Notes under the pieces: generated by a model
The model's input: only the letters and a program-made list of their open reading frames with translations
The model's database searches: none
What the model was told of the DNA's origin: nothing
Part shown: positions 1-10,739 of the stretch, one piece after another
Layout: the number at the start of each line of letters is the position of its first letter
Position numbering within the stretch: position 1 is the stretch's first letter
Assembly: GCA_963758635.1 (NCBI GenBank)
Contig: CAVWWD010000003.1
Coordinates: forward strand, 384,001 to 448,000
Reading direction: 5' to 3'
From: an uncultured Candidatus Rokubacteria bacterium
GTDB lineage: Bacteria; Methylomirabilota; Methylomirabilia; Rokubacteriales; CSP1-6
DNA: 64,000 nt
Position numbers and translations under genes: made by a program

Positions 1-1508
1 GGCCGCCGGATCGCGTCGAGGAAGGCCGAGGCCTTGAGCCGCGTCTCCTCCTCCTCGGCGTCGGGGTCCGAGTCGTAGAGGAGGGTGGCGCCCACGCGGA
101 CCTCGGCGGCGCCGTCCTTGACGCGGATCGTTCGCAGCGTGAGGCCGGTGTTCAGGTTGCCGTCGAAGCCGAGGAGGCCGACGGCGCCGCCGTACCATGC
201 GCGCGGCGAGCGCTCGTGGTCCTCGATGAACTGCATCGCCCACGCCTTCGGGGCCCCGGTGACCGTCACCGCCCAGGTGTGGGCGAGGAACGCGTCGAGG
301 GCGTCGAACTCGGGGCGCAGGCGTCCCTCCACGTGGTCCACGGTGTGGATGAGCCGCGCGTACATCTCGATCTGGCGCCGGCCGATCACCCGCACGCTGC
401 CCGGCACGCAGATGCGCGACTTGTCGTTGCGGTCCACGTCCGTGCACATCGTCAGCTCCGACTCGTCCTTGGCCGAGGTGAGGAGCGCCACGATCTGCGC
501 GGCGTCACCGATCGGGTCGCGCCCGCGCGCGATGGTGCCCGAGATCGGGCAGGTCTCCACCCGGTCGTCGTCCACCCGCACGTACATCTCGGGCGAGGCG
601 CCCACGAGGTACTCGGCGTCGCCCAGGTTCAGGAGGAACCCGTAGGGCGACGGGTTGCGCTCGCGCAACCGGCGGAACAGCTCCGAGGGAGGCGATGGGC
701 ACGGCTCGAAGAAGGTCTGGCCGGGCACGACCTCGAACAGGTCGCCGCGCTTGAAGGCCTCGCGCGCCACCCGCACCATCGCCGCGTAGGCGCCCGTCTC
801 GTGATCGCCCCCGCGCGGCACGCTGGTCGCGCCCGCGTAGGGACGGGCCGCGCCCTCGCGCGGCCGCCCGGCGGTGGCGCGCCCGCCCGCCTCGAAGTCG
901 TAGCGCCGGCGCTGCGCCATCTCGCGGCGGTGATCGACGATGATCAGCTCGTCGGGCAGGTACAGCACGAGGTCGCGCTGGTCGGCGGGGCGGGCGAGGC
1001 GCGGCCGGATGGGCTCGAACTGGAAGGCCAGGTCGTAGGCGAAGGCGCCGTAGAAGCCCAGGTGCGCCTCGTCGGCGTGGTGGAACAGGGCGATCAGGGC
1101 CCGGAGCGCGGAGAACACCGACGGCTGGCGGCTGCGCTCCTCCTCGACGAACCGTCCTTCCGGCGCGCGCACGACGGCGGTGACGGCGTCGGCCCGGCGG
1201 CTCGCGCTCTCCACCGCGTCGAGGGCGCCGAGGGTCTCGGCGACCGGGCCGAGCAGGACCTCGCCCCGCGCGTTCAGCGCCTGGACCTCGAGCGAGCGGC
1301 CCCGGGCGGTGAGGACGAGCGGAGGGTCGGCGAAGCCCATGTCCCAGCGCGTGTAGCGGCCCGGATACTCGTAGCTCGAGGTGAACAGGCCGCCGCGATG
1401 CGCGTCGAGATCCTCGATGAGGGGCTCGACGGCGTCGGCGACGGGGATCGCGTCCACCGTGCGGTGGACGCGGACGCCTCCGCGGGTGAGGTAGGTGTCG
1501 GTGCTCAT
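1..1508 (-). CDS. trpE: Anthranilate synthase component I (runs off window start)
   Basis: Reverse translation gives chorismate-binding motifs (DKSRICVPGSV, HTVDHVEG, TVTGAPK, WYGGAVG, TLRTI, RVGATLL); ATG at 1508; Trp attenuator upstream. Confidence 0.9.
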   Translation of the reverse strand, partial: MSTDTYLTRGGVRVHRTVDAIPVADAVEPLIEDLDAHRGGLFTSSYEYPGRYTRWDMGFADPPLVLTARGRSLEVQALNARGEVLLGPVAETLGALDAVESASRRADAVTAVVRAPEGRFVEEERSRQPSVFSALRALIALFHHADEAHLGFYGAFAYDLAFQFEPIRPRLARPADQRDLVLYLPDELIIVDHRREMAQRRRYDFEAGGRATAGRPREGAARPYAGATSVPRGGDHETGAYAAMVRVAREAFKRGDLFEVVPGQTFFEPCPSPPSELFRRLRERNPSPYGFLLNLGDAEYLVGASPEMYVRVDDDRVETCPISGTIARGRDPIGDAAQIVALLTSAKDESELTMCTDVDRNDKSRICVPGSVRVIGRRQIEMYARLIHTVDHVEGRLRPEFDALDAFLAHTWAVTVTGAPKAWAMQFIEDHERSPRAWYGGAVGLLGFDGNLNTGLTLRTIRVKDGAAEVRVGATLLYDSDPDAEEEETRLKASAFLDAIRR

Positions 1509-1552
1509 GGCCGGGCTCTCCCTCTGCCGGGAGTCGACCTGCGCGGGTCGGC

Positions 1553-1585
1553 AAAAACGGAAGCCGCCCCGCGGGGGGCGGCTCC
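1553..1585 (-). terminator. Intrinsic terminator of trp attenuator
   Basis: Minus strand GGAGCCGCCCC-CCGC-GGGGCGGCTTCC hairpin followed by GTTTTT, between leader peptide and trpE. Confidence 0.85.
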
Positions 1586-1629
1586 GGGCTTCGTCTGTTC
1601 GGTTGCGCGTGTGCCGGACGGGCCGCCCC

Positions 1630-1682
1630 TCAGGGGAACGACCACCACCACATCCACTGCCGGCGGCACGCCGCAACGTCAT
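1630..1682 (-). promoter_or_regulatory. trp leader peptide (...QWMWWWSFP*)
   Basis: TGG ATG TGG TGG TGG TCG TTC CCC TGA upstream of terminator; start is ATG 1653, or ATG 1682 with a 1-nt indel. Confidence 0.8.
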
Positions 1683-1689
1683 GCGCGGG

Positions 1690-1718
1690 AGCTTGACAGC
1701 GGGGCCGGCGCTTGTCAA
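1690..1718 (-). promoter_or_regulatory. Sigma70-like promoter for trp leader
   Basis: TTGACA-17 nt-CAAGCT, 7 nt before ATG 1682; lies in GCTTGACA...TGTCAAGC inverted repeat. Confidence 0.6.
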
Positions 1719-1739
1719 GCGCTCGCGGGCGCGGCGCGA

Positions 1740-2066
1740 TCAGCCGATGGCGTCGAGCTTCTTCTTGATCTGGGCCTTCGGGATGGCCCCGATGACCTGG
1801 TCCACCACGGCGCCGCCCTTCATGAACAGGATGGTGGGGATGGACCGGATGCTGTAGCGAGCGGCCAGGCCGGGGTTCTCGTCCACGTTGACCTTGGCGA
1901 GGCTCACCTTGCCGGCGGACTCGCGGGCGAGCTCCTCGAGGGTCGGCGCGATGGCGCGGCACGGCGCGCACCACTCGGCCCAGAAATCGACCATGAGCAC
2001 CTCGGGATGGCTCTTGACCTCGGCGTCGAACGTGGACTCGGTCAGGTGCAGCGTGGTGTCCGCCAT
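1740..2066 (-). CDS. trxA: Thioredoxin
   Basis: DFWAEWCAPC active site, SIPT motif, 108 aa. Confidence 0.95.
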   Translation of the reverse strand: MADTTLHLTESTFDAEVKSHPEVLMVDFWAEWCAPCRAIAPTLEELARESAGKVSLAKVNVDENPGLAARYSIRSIPTILFMKGGAVVDQVIGAIPKAQIKKKLDAIG

Positions 2067-2159
2067 GTGGCATGTTCTCCTTGGTGAACGCGTTGGGACC
2101 GCCCGCCACGCTAGCACAGGGTGGGGGTCGGTTCAAATCCACGCCAGGAGGATGCGCCC

Positions 2160-2830
2160 ATGCGTGTCGTCGATCTCAGCTTTCCGATCCGGCCCCACTT
2201 CCGCTGGACGGTGCGGCCGGAGCTCCGCTCCGCCCACGCCCGCGGGGACATCTTCCAGTCCACCGTGCTGACGATCTCCTGCCACGCGTACACGCACGTG
2301 GACGCCCCGATCCACTTCCTGCCCGGGGACAAGCACATGGCGGAGATGCCCGTCGACCAGTGGATCGGCGATGCGGCGGTCGTGGACCTGACCCACCTGG
2401 GGGACAACGGCGAGGTCACCGCCCAGGACCTCGAGAGCCGGGCCGCCCACGTCCGCGCCGGCGACATCGTGCTCCTGCGCACGGACTGGCCGCGCCGCGT
2501 CGGACGTGGGAAGCGAGCGGTTCTGGCGGGACGCGCCGTGGACGGGGCGGCCGGCCGTGCGAGTGGCTGGTGGCCCGCCGGGTGAAGGCGGTCGGCTACG
2601 ACTACCCGCCCGACTACTCGATCCGCACCTCGATCTTCACGCCCGACGCGCCGCGGTCGCGCGCCGAGTGCCCGACCCACGACGTGTTCTTCAACGCCGG
2701 TGTCACGGTGATCGAGTACCTCACCAACCTCGACCGGATCGGCGTGCCGCGATGCCGCTTCGTGGCGCTGCCACTGGCCCTGGAGGGCGCCGACGGGTCG
2801 CCGGTGCGCGCGATCGCGATGGTTGACTAG
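2160..2830 (+). CDS. Cyclase/kynurenine formamidase-family metal hydrolase (frameshifted)
   Basis: HAYTHVDAPIHF motif; C-terminal IEYLTNL...GADGSPVRAIA in another frame. Confidence 0.85.
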
Positions 2831-2863
2831 CCACCCGGGCTCGAGCGCGCTATCATCCGCCGC

Positions 2864-4077
2864 GTGCAGACGGCGGACGTCGTCGTAGTCGGCGCCGGAG
2901 CCTTCGGCTCCAGCACGGCGTACCATCTGGCGCGCCGCGGGGTCCGGGTGGCGCTCCTCGACCAGCACGCCCTCGCCTCTCAGACCTCTCCCCGCGCCGC
3001 GGGGCTCACCAGCAAGGCCTCGTCGTCGCTCTCGGTGATGGCCCGGCTCCGTCACGAGGCGGTCGAGATGCTCGAGCGCTTCGAGTCGGAGATGGGGTGG
3101 TCCGTCGACTTCCACCGCTCGGGGAGCCTGAAGGCCGCGTACACCGAGGCGGGGGCGGCGCGGCTGCGCAGCGACCTGGCCGCGGCGCGCCAGCTCGGCG
3201 TCGAGGCCGAGCTGGTCCCGGCGTCCACCGCCGAGCGCCTGGCGCCGCACTTCCGCGCCGGCGCCGTGCTCGGGATCGGCCACGTGCCGAGCGACGGCTG
3301 GATCGACCCTGCCCGCGTGGCCATCGGGTTCGCCACGCGGGCCATGGAGCTGGGCGTCCAGGGCATGCCGTTCACGCGCGTGACCGGGCTCCTCGGCGGC
3401 CCGGGGAAGGTCGAGGGTGTGGCCACGGCGCGCGGAGAGATCCACGCTCCGGTGGTGGTCGACGCCGCGGGCGCCTGGACGGCGCTCGTCGCCGCGGCGC
3501 GCGGGCTCCGCCTGCCCGCTGGTCCCGGTCCGGCACCAGCTCTTCGTGACCGAGCCCATCCCCGGCGTGGATCCCTACCAGCCGATCGTGAGGCTGCTCG
3601 AGGCGAGCGTGTACGTGCGCTACGACCGCGGCGGCCTCATGTTCGGCGGCTACGAGGACCGGCCCCTCGTCGTGGATCTCCGCGAGCGCCCGCCCGGCGT
3701 TCCAGATCGCCGACCTGCCATTGGACCTGGGCGTGCTCCGGGCCCTCGTGGACGAGGTCGGCGCGCACTTCCCGGTGCTGCGTACGGCGGCGGTCGCCGT
3801 GCACCGCGGCGGCCTGCCCACGATGACGCCCGACGGCTTCCCGATCCTCGGGCCGGTCCCGGGCGTGGAGGGCTTCCACGTCGCCTCCGGGTGCTGTGTC
3901 GGCGGCCTCACGCTGTCGCCCGCCGCCGGTCGCGCGCTGGCCGACCTGATCGTGGACGGCAAGTGCGAGCCGGACCTCGCGTCGCTGTCCGTCGCCCGAT
4001 TCCAGGATCGCCCGGGCGGCCAGGACGAGCTCGAGGCGGCGTGCGTGGAGCACTACGCGCGCAAGTACACGAAGTGA
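2864..4077 (+). CDS. FAD-dependent oxidoreductase, DAO/sarcosine oxidase-like (frameshifted); integration target
   Basis: GAGAFG Rossmann motif, DAAGAW, TPDGFPILG, split over three frames. Confidence 0.85.
4055..4075 (+). repeat. attL core ACGCGCGCAAGTACACGAAGT
   Basis: 20/21 match to 28740-28760; 3' end of FAD oxidoreductase gene. Confidence 0.9.
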
Positions 4078-4099
4078 TCCGGACGCTCGTCCGTTTCGC

Positions 4100-5314
4100 G
4101 TCCGTTTCGCTTGCCCGCCTACACTTAGCCCGCGTTCGCCAGTGCCCGCGACCTGTCGCGGTTGCGCCTGGGTTGCGTCTGGAAGTGCCTGCGGGGCCTC
4201 TTCGCCCTGCTCGATGTACCGTGCATAGACCTGGATCAGCACGCTCGCGTTCTTCCATCCGCCCTGCTTCTGGACGTAGAGCAGGTTCGCTCCGCGGCTC
4301 AGGAGCGTGCTGGCGAAGGTGTGCCGGAGCTGCTCGGGGAACCGGTAGCGCACCCCGGCCTTCTTGACACCCGACGCCACTGCGCCAGGACGTACGTGGG
4401 CGACCAGGGCTTGGCGATCCCGAACACGAAGGCCGCCGGGTTGATCGACTGCACGGGGAGGGCCCGGAGCTCCGCCAGGACGCGGCGGCTCTCGACGGTC
4501 CGGCCGGGCCGCCATTCTGCGGTCGCCTCGGTGATCGGATGGAATATCGAGACCACCCGGAAGCTCCGCGTCTTGGGGGGGCCGAGTCGCTCACGGGTCC
4601 AGGTCCGGCGCACGTAGGCGGTGCCCTTCACTAGGTCGAGGTCCTGGTTCTGGAGGGCGGAAACTTCGCCTTTCCGTATCCCCGGTCTGCGCCCAGAGTC
4701 GCAGGAAGGTGGCAAGCAAACGGGCGGTTGAGCGCCTCGGCCGCCTCGAGGATGGCGTGCAGCTCCTCCGTGTTGAACGGTTCAACCTCCGCGTCCTCCG
4801 TGCGGCGCAGCTTGAACACGCGGAACACGGGGTTCGCCGGCAGCACGCGGTGGACGCGGACGGCGCGGTCGAGGACATGCGGAGAGCCACCAGGGCGATG
4901 GAGATCGAGGACTCGGCCAGGCCTCGGTCCGGGGACGCGTCGAGCCGCCCGGCTTCCGCAAGATGCGGTACTCGAAGTCCTCGATCTCCCCGAGGCCGAT
5001 CTCGTCAACCGGCAGGGTCTTGAAGTGGGGGATGAGGTGAGCGCGGACCACTGACGTGTAGTTCTCGATCGTGTTGGGGCCGATCGGGTGGGTCACGGGG
5101 TACTTCTCCAGCCACTCCTCGGCGAGCGCGCTGAAGCCGATGGCCTTCGGCGCCAGCTTGAAGGTCCCCTCGGCCAGAGCCCGGCGGATGCCCGACGCGA
5201 CGGCCTCGGCCGCCTTCTTGTCGCCCACCTTCTTCGCCTTCCGGCGCCCCAGTGGTCGATGAAGATGCCGTAGACGCCGCGCTGGCCCTTCCAGAGCTTG
5301 ACCTTGACGCCCAT
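4100..5314 (-). CDS. Tyrosine recombinase/integrase (frameshifted; 3' end uncertain)
   Basis: G(I)RKGEVSAL, LGPPKT, QLRHTFASTLL, QGGW, VYARY motifs; N-terminal YTSVVRAHLIPHF. Confidence 0.9.
4160..4179 (+). repeat. Putative integrase arm-type site GGTTGCGCCTGGGTTGCGTC (left)
   Basis: Identical to 28648-28667; two GGTTGCG units 11 bp apart. Confidence 0.75.
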
Positions 5315-5340
5315 GATGTTGCCCTTCCTGGTCCGTTGGC

Positions 5341-5540
5341 TTACTTCTTCACGAGCTGAATGCGCACCCGCGCACCCAGCGCCTCGGTCAGCCGCTCGAG
5401 CGTGGCCATGGACGGCAGGCGGTCGCCGGCCTCCACCTTCGCGATGAAGGACCAAGTGACACCCGCCGCCTCTGCCAGGGCTCCTGGGTCATGCCGCGCT
5501 TCATCCGGAGGTCGCGGATCTGCCCGCCCAGTGGCTTCAT
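5341..5540 (-). CDS. XRE-family HTH regulator (frameshifted)
   Basis: QIRDLRMKRGMTQE/LAEAAGVTWSFIAKVEAGDRLPSMATLERL; TTGACT...GACAAT just upstream of ATG. Confidence 0.8.
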
Positions 5541-5604
5541 ATACGTATTGTCCATGTATGCCGCCCCCGGAGTCAAGCGTGGATTTCGGGCGCCGCGAGT
5601 GGGA

Positions 5605-5952
5605 CTACAAGCCCTTCAGGGCCTCCTGGACGATGGCGTCCACGTCCTCGCGACCATGCTGACGGTAGACGCGGATCCAGCGGTCGAACTCGCCACGACG
5701 GACCAGGATCTTGCCTCCCACACGGTAGTGGGGCAGCGGGTGGATGGGGTCTTCGAGCAGATCGCGGAGCTTGCGCACGGAGAGCGCGGAGTAGTCGGCC
5801 AGGGCGCGCAGGCTCAGGAACGGATCCGCGGCCGAGCTGAGGACCACACGCTCGGCGAGGATCCCGCGGACCTGGGCCGGCTCGCGTCTCGCCCCGCCGG
5901 CTCCGTCGGCGGCGGCGCCGGCGCGCGCTCGACCAGTGACAGGATGATCCAC
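5605..5952 (-). CDS. Excisionase-like HTH protein (start uncertain)
   Basis: FLSLRALADYSALSVRKLRD...LPHYRVGGKILVRRGEFDRW. Confidence 0.75.
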   Translation of the reverse strand: MDHPVTGRARAGAAADGAGGARREPAQVRGILAERVVLSSAADPFLSLRALADYSALSVRKLRDLLEDPIHPLPHYRVGGKILVRRGEFDRWIRVYRQHGREDVDAIVQEALKGL

Positions 5953-6199
5953 TCCCACGGGGCGAGGCCACACGAGCACGCCGGCCGTCGAGCTGAGTCC
6001 GACGAGATCCCCCTCGCCCAGGGGTCGTGACGCTGGCACAGGCCGCTCACCGGATCCGGCGGGAGCGCACACCGGATGCCGAGCTCGGCACCTCGAGCGC
6101 ACTCCCGTCGCAGGGAGGGTCGCTGCGACATGGGCTGCGACGGGGAAACGGACGTGGAGGCTTCACCCATCACGTCGCCCAGTTGGCTGGGGGGGAACT

Positions 6200-6315
6200 C
6201 GTAGCGGCGTAGCACTCGTAGCACTCGATATAGGCGTAGCGCCCTAGCGGGGCAGAGGTAAGTCTGCTACGAGTGCTACTACTGCTACGCTTGCTACTAC
6301 TGCTACTGCTGCTAC
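6200..6315. repeat. Inverted iteron-like array, candidate replication origin
   Basis: TGCTAC at 6265, 6274, 6283, 6292, 6301, 6310; inverse GTAGC at 6201, 6209, 6218, 6236; just downstream of helicase. Confidence 0.7.
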
Positions 6316-6336
6316 GAGAGCAGGACGCCTCCCGGG

Positions 6337-8625
6337 TCATGGGGTCACCGCCGTCCAGACCCGGTTGCCGGCCCACTGGGGGCCTCGACGGCCTCGACGG
6401 TGATTCGCCGCGATCGACGAGCGTGGCTTCGACCTCGTCGAGGCTCTTCTTCGAGCAGTGGACGAGCTGGGCCACGACCCGGCGGGGGCAGCGGCCCTTG
6501 GCGCGGACGATGGGCAGGGCGCGAGCGATGAGTTGTTCGAGCGCGGTTTCTCCGACGCGCTCCCCGAAGGCCATGGCGCCATCCCGCCACCGCTCCGCGA
6601 TGGTGACGGCAGCGGACGCGTCGTCGGGCGTGACCACCAGGGCGTCGGGGATGACGGCACCGGGCGCGGCCGGCGGCCACGAGGATGGACAGCTTCACGG
6701 CCATGGCGTTGAGCCGCTGGAGCATGGCGCGCGACCGCTCGTTGGCGAGCGCGTCGGAGGTCTCGATGCGCGCGGCGAAGCGGTCGATGATGGCGAGGGC
6801 ATCACCCTGGAACTGGACGCGACGGTCGGCGGTCTTGGCCCAGAAGTAGATTTCGGTGAGGCGCGTGACGAGTCGGGCGCGCTGGGCCACGAGGTCGTCG
6901 GTGGGTTCTTCGAGGCCACGACGGGGCGGCAGGTGGGTAGGCATCGTGACCGCGAACCGGGCCATGAAACCGGAGCTGACATCGCGTGCGGTGACGATCT
7001 CGAAGATCGCGGGCGTGGTGGCGCCGAGGACGCAGAGGTGCGGGTGCTCCACGCTCATCTCATCGACGGCGGGCGGGCCGCCCTTGACGCGCTTGGTGGT
7101 GCGCTTGTAGCGGTAGGGCCGGCCCTCGTACAACTCCAGGAGGAGCCCGCGCAGCCCGGCGAGGTACTTCGCATGGTGGAGCTTGTCGAGCGTCTCTCCC
7201 GCCTCGTCGAGGTACCACAGGCTCCCGTCGGCGCCTCGGTCGGCGAGCTGCTCGACGAAAGCTTCGGGCGAGGACTGCTCGGCGAGGCGGCAGTCGGGGA
7301 TCGCGTCGGTGAGCAGGTCGAGCCCAGTCCCGCCGCACTCGTCTTACGTGACCGCGTCGAGGGGCCGATCAGGAGCGCGAAGAACGACGTGGGAAGGCCG
7401 CGCGGGTAGGGGCGCAGGCGGGCGCGCACGCCCCGGCGTCGCGGTCGCGAGCAGGATCAGCCCGTCGTCTCGAAGAACTCGTGGGCGGCGTCGCTGCACG
7501 CCGCGCCGTACCAGGATGAACTCCGAGACGAAGTGGTCGGCCGGCACCGCCGAGGTGAACGTGTACGGGGCCTCGGCCATGGCCTCGGCGGGCGGCGGGG
7601 GGGGGCGGCGGATGGTGGCCATTGGACGAGAGGCCCAGCACCGCGAGCACGTCGCGGATGGTGCGGTCAACGCAGTGCAGGTGCTTACAGTCAAATCCCC
7701 ACGGCTCCCCGGGGCTCTTCGGGTCGAACAGGCACGTCTCCGTGATTCCTGAGTCCCCGGAGTGCGACGCCGCCCACGGACACGTCACCGCGTGCTTGCC
7801 GCCGTGGAGCGCGCGCCGATACCAGCCCTTCGCCGTGAACGCGGCGACCAGGTCGAAGGTCGAGCCCGTGACCCGGGCGCTCGTGGTGATGGTCCGCTTC
7901 GTCGGCGCCGCCAGCGCGGCGAGGGCCTCCAGGACCTCACCGTCTACGAGCGCCAGCTCGCTCGGCACCCGCTCCAGCGCCGCCCGGCGGTGGGGCCGGT
8001 CGGCGGTCGCATCGCCTTTGACCGCCACCGTGCCGTAGAGCTTCCAGATCCGGGCGGCGTTGCCGACGCTGGTGTCGACCACCACCGTGTTGTCGCTGAA
8101 CCGGCTGGCCACGGCCGAGAGCGCCCGCTCGACGAGGCGCCGCGCCGGCTCGTCATTGGGCAGATCGACCAACGCCCGCCCATGCGCGCCATTGCCACTC
8201 AGCGCAGCGACCAGCGCGGGGAACCCCAGCTCGCCCAGGAACCACGCCGCGTCGTCGCGGCGCGCGCGGGCGGCCGCCACCTCGGCGTCAGTCGCGGAGA
8301 TGCCCGCCGGACGCACGGGATCGTAGTCGAACGGCAACCAGACCCGCCGCACGATGTCGGCGTCGCCGGTGGTCGCCGGGGCGTACTCGCGCAACCGGTT
8401 CACGGCCCGCGCGAGGAGCGCGGGCGCCACGGGGTTCAACGAGATGTAGATCGTCGCCTTCCCGTCCCACGGCAGCACGGCGCGGACCAGCGCCTCAAGA
8501 TCATCGAAGTAGCCCGACACGGTGCCCTGCCGCGTCTTGGGAATGCGGACCTCGACCACGCCCCCGTGCCGGGCGACCACCTGGAGTCCATCGCGAATGG
8601 CATCGACCCCCGTGGGCATCGTCAT
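6337..8625 (-). CDS. Primase-polymerase-like domain plus DUF3987-like helicase (probably one frameshifted gene)
   Basis: YISLNP, WLPFDYDP, SGNGAH, CPW...H...C..LHC Zn motif; helicase part IGPSTRSRKTS, WYLDEAG, LCVLGATTP, GFMARF. Confidence 0.75.
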
Positions 8626-8928
8626 CGCCGCCGGCCGAATCCTTCGGTCGCGGGGAATTCCTGCTGGTCAGTCGGCACCCGGGGCCGCACCGCGACCAGC
8701 TCGACCGGCCCGAACACGCGCGTCAGCATCTCGAGCACCTGCTCCGTCGTTAGCGGGGGCGCCGCGGGTCCATCTGAATGCAGAGGGACGGAATCGGGAG
8801 CGTCGAAGGTCATGCGCGCGCCAGCGTCCGCACCTGGCGGCGCAGCCATGCCGGTCGCGTTGAAGATCACCATGTCTGCGTGCCGGCCGCCGGCGTCGAG
8901 ATTACGCGTCACACCTCGCTTCCCCCGT

Positions 8929-9177
8929 TCACCGACCGACCAACGGCAACCGGCGCAGCCACGACAGCAAGTCCTCCCGGAGGATGTAGAGCCGTCCGCG
9001 CAGCCGGCGGGCCGGCAAGTCGCCGGTGAGGACCAGGCGGCGGATGCTTTCCTCCGGTAGGTTGAGAAGGTGGCTGACCTCGCGGACACGGAAGATTAGT
9101 TGTGCGGGCGGGGGTCCACTCGGGCGCGGATCCTGGAGCCACTGCCGGAGCGCTTCGTCGAATTGCTCGTCGAGCAT
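8929..9177 (-). CDS. HTH_17/excisionase-type DNA-binding protein
   Basis: RVREVSHLLNLPEESIRRLVLTGDLPARRLRGRLYI. Confidence 0.8.
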   Translation of the reverse strand: MLDEQFDEALRQWLQDPRPSGPPPAQLIFRVREVSHLLNLPEESIRRLVLTGDLPARRLRGRLYILREDLLSWLRRLPLVGR

Positions 9178-9262
9178 GGCCCGGACGATATCGCCGGATG
9201 GCGCCCCGGGCGGGCGGGGTCCAACTTCAAGTTAACGGTTTCGGCGGGGGCGGGGGCGGACG

Positions 9263-10210
9263 TTACGGAGCGGAACTATCCGGAACGGGCCGGGATTGCC
9301 AGGAACCAAGCCGCCGGCGTAGAGCGAGAAAGCCCGGGCGCGACAGTTTCTTGATAAGCCCCCGGCGCTCAAGCGAAGCCTGGACCTGGGTCCATGACCG
9401 GAACCGGCCAGACCTCACTGCCTCACGGAGCCCAGCCCTGAGCGCACGCTGATCTTTGCGAATCCTTTCGAACCCGCGCGTCCCCGCCCGACACATCCGG
9501 CAGCGGCCGGCCCGCAGCATTCGCCGGATCGCGTCGGTGTCATTGAGCGCGCGAGCCGCGAGGACTCGCTCACTGATCCAGCGTGGGACCCCCCTCCGCT
9601 CGGCCTGTCTGAGGGCAACAACGAGATCTATATCGCACTGCTGTCCCAAGAATTGACCGAGCACGGCGGCCACAGCATGGTGGAGCGCACGCGACTTTTC
9701 GCGCCAGAGGTTGCGCCAGTCAGCGTCCGCCTTCAGCCGCTGCTCAAGCAACTCCCCAGAGGGGAACTCTTCACCGCCCGCCTTTGCGTCGGCCCTCTTC
9801 AGCCACGACTCGAGGTCGAGCCGCGCGTCCTCCGCATCCGCGAGGACCCTCGAACGCTCCTCAACCGCTGCCCACTGCGCCGGCGAGAAGTGGAGGGCGG
9901 CGGCGAGCGTGTCGGGGGGCGGCGGAACAAGACTCGCGATAGCACGAACGCGCCGTGAGTGGCTGCTACCCATGGCTCCCTCCTCTAAGCTCCCTACGAG
10001 TTCACCGCGAAACTCGCGTCCCTCGAGCCCCCACCTCCGGAACTGCAGCAGGTTCTCGCGGCGGTAGATGGCAACCAGGAAACGATGGGTAGCTTCGCCC
10101 GCGTCAAGGCGGGGGTCACCTCCCCCGCAGATTTCTTCTCCGAGGAGAACGTCCAGCGCATCTTCGCTGCCGCCCGCTGATCTCGCGCGCTGTTGCCGAC
10201 GAAGGGCCAT
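9263..10210 (-). CDS. Hypothetical protein
   Basis: 315-aa ORF, same strand as neighbours, no recognised motif. Confidence 0.5.
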   Translation of the reverse strand: MALRRQQRARSAGGSEDALDVLLGEEICGGGDPRLDAGEATHRFLVAIYRRENLLQFRRWGLEGREFRGELVGSLEEGAMGSSHSRRVRAIASLVPPPPDTLAAALHFSPAQWAAVEERSRVLADAEDARLDLESWLKRADAKAGGEEFPSGELLEQRLKADADWRNLWREKSRALHHAVAAVLGQFLGQQCDIDLVVALRQAERRGVPRWISERVLAARALNDTDAIRRMLRAGRCRMCRAGTRGFERIRKDQRALRAGLREAVRSGRFRSWTQVQASLERRGLIKKLSRPGFLALRRRLGSWQSRPVPDSSAP

Positions 10211-10319
10211 CTCCCGGTCGTCATGCGTCCATGGCGCGGGCGTGGAGTCGCCCAGCGACGCCGGGGCGCGCGGCCGCTCCCCCGGGGAGCCCTCCTCCGC
10301 GCCTCCCGCGTCTCGGAGC

Positions 10320-10739
10320 CTACAACTTGCGCAGGGCGCGCACCGCCTTAGCGGCGTCCGCCGCCGAGTCCAAGGCTACGTGACTGACAAAGGTCTTGCC
10401 GATGGCAGCGGCGGAGAGGCCGCGCACGTTGAGGCCGGCGTCGGCGAGCGCGGCCGCGATGCGAGCCCCCTCGCCCAGCTTGTCCGGACCCTGAATGCGG
10501 ACGGTGTGCAAGGTCGTGCTCTTGGCGAACCCCGCCTGCTTCGCTACCCGCTGCGCGGCGCCCGCGATCGGCGTTACGAACACCACGCCCGTCCCCGGCC
10601 GGTCCGGAGCCCGGCGTGCGATGACGAACTCCAGATTGGCCTTGCCGTCAGCGAGCGCGCGAAGCTTCGCGGCAAGCCCGCCGGGCCGGTCCTCGATGGT
10701 CACAACCCACGTGTCTACCCGCGTGACCTTGAGGGCCAT
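10320..10739 (-). CDS. ACT-domain protein
   Basis: IEDRPGGLAAKLRALA and GPDKLGEGARIAAALADAGLNV tandem ACT-like repeats; GAGGAG RBS. Confidence 0.85.
   Translation of the reverse strand: MALKVTRVDTWVVTIEDRPGGLAAKLRALADGKANLEFVIARRAPDRPGTGVVFVTPIAGAAQRVAKQAGFAKSTTLHTVRIQGPDKLGEGARIAAALADAGLNVRGLSAAAIGKTFVSHVALDSAADAAKAVRALRKL

Noticed and set aside
2125..2146. GGTTCAAATCC resembling a tRNA T-loop
   Set aside because: No cloverleaf stems around it; the intergenic space is short and contains the RBS
6200..6315. Possible CRISPR array or Ser-rich ORF
   Set aside because: 6-bp units with 3-bp gaps and inverted arrangement, no spacers or cas genes; the poly-Ser translation is a by-product of the repeats
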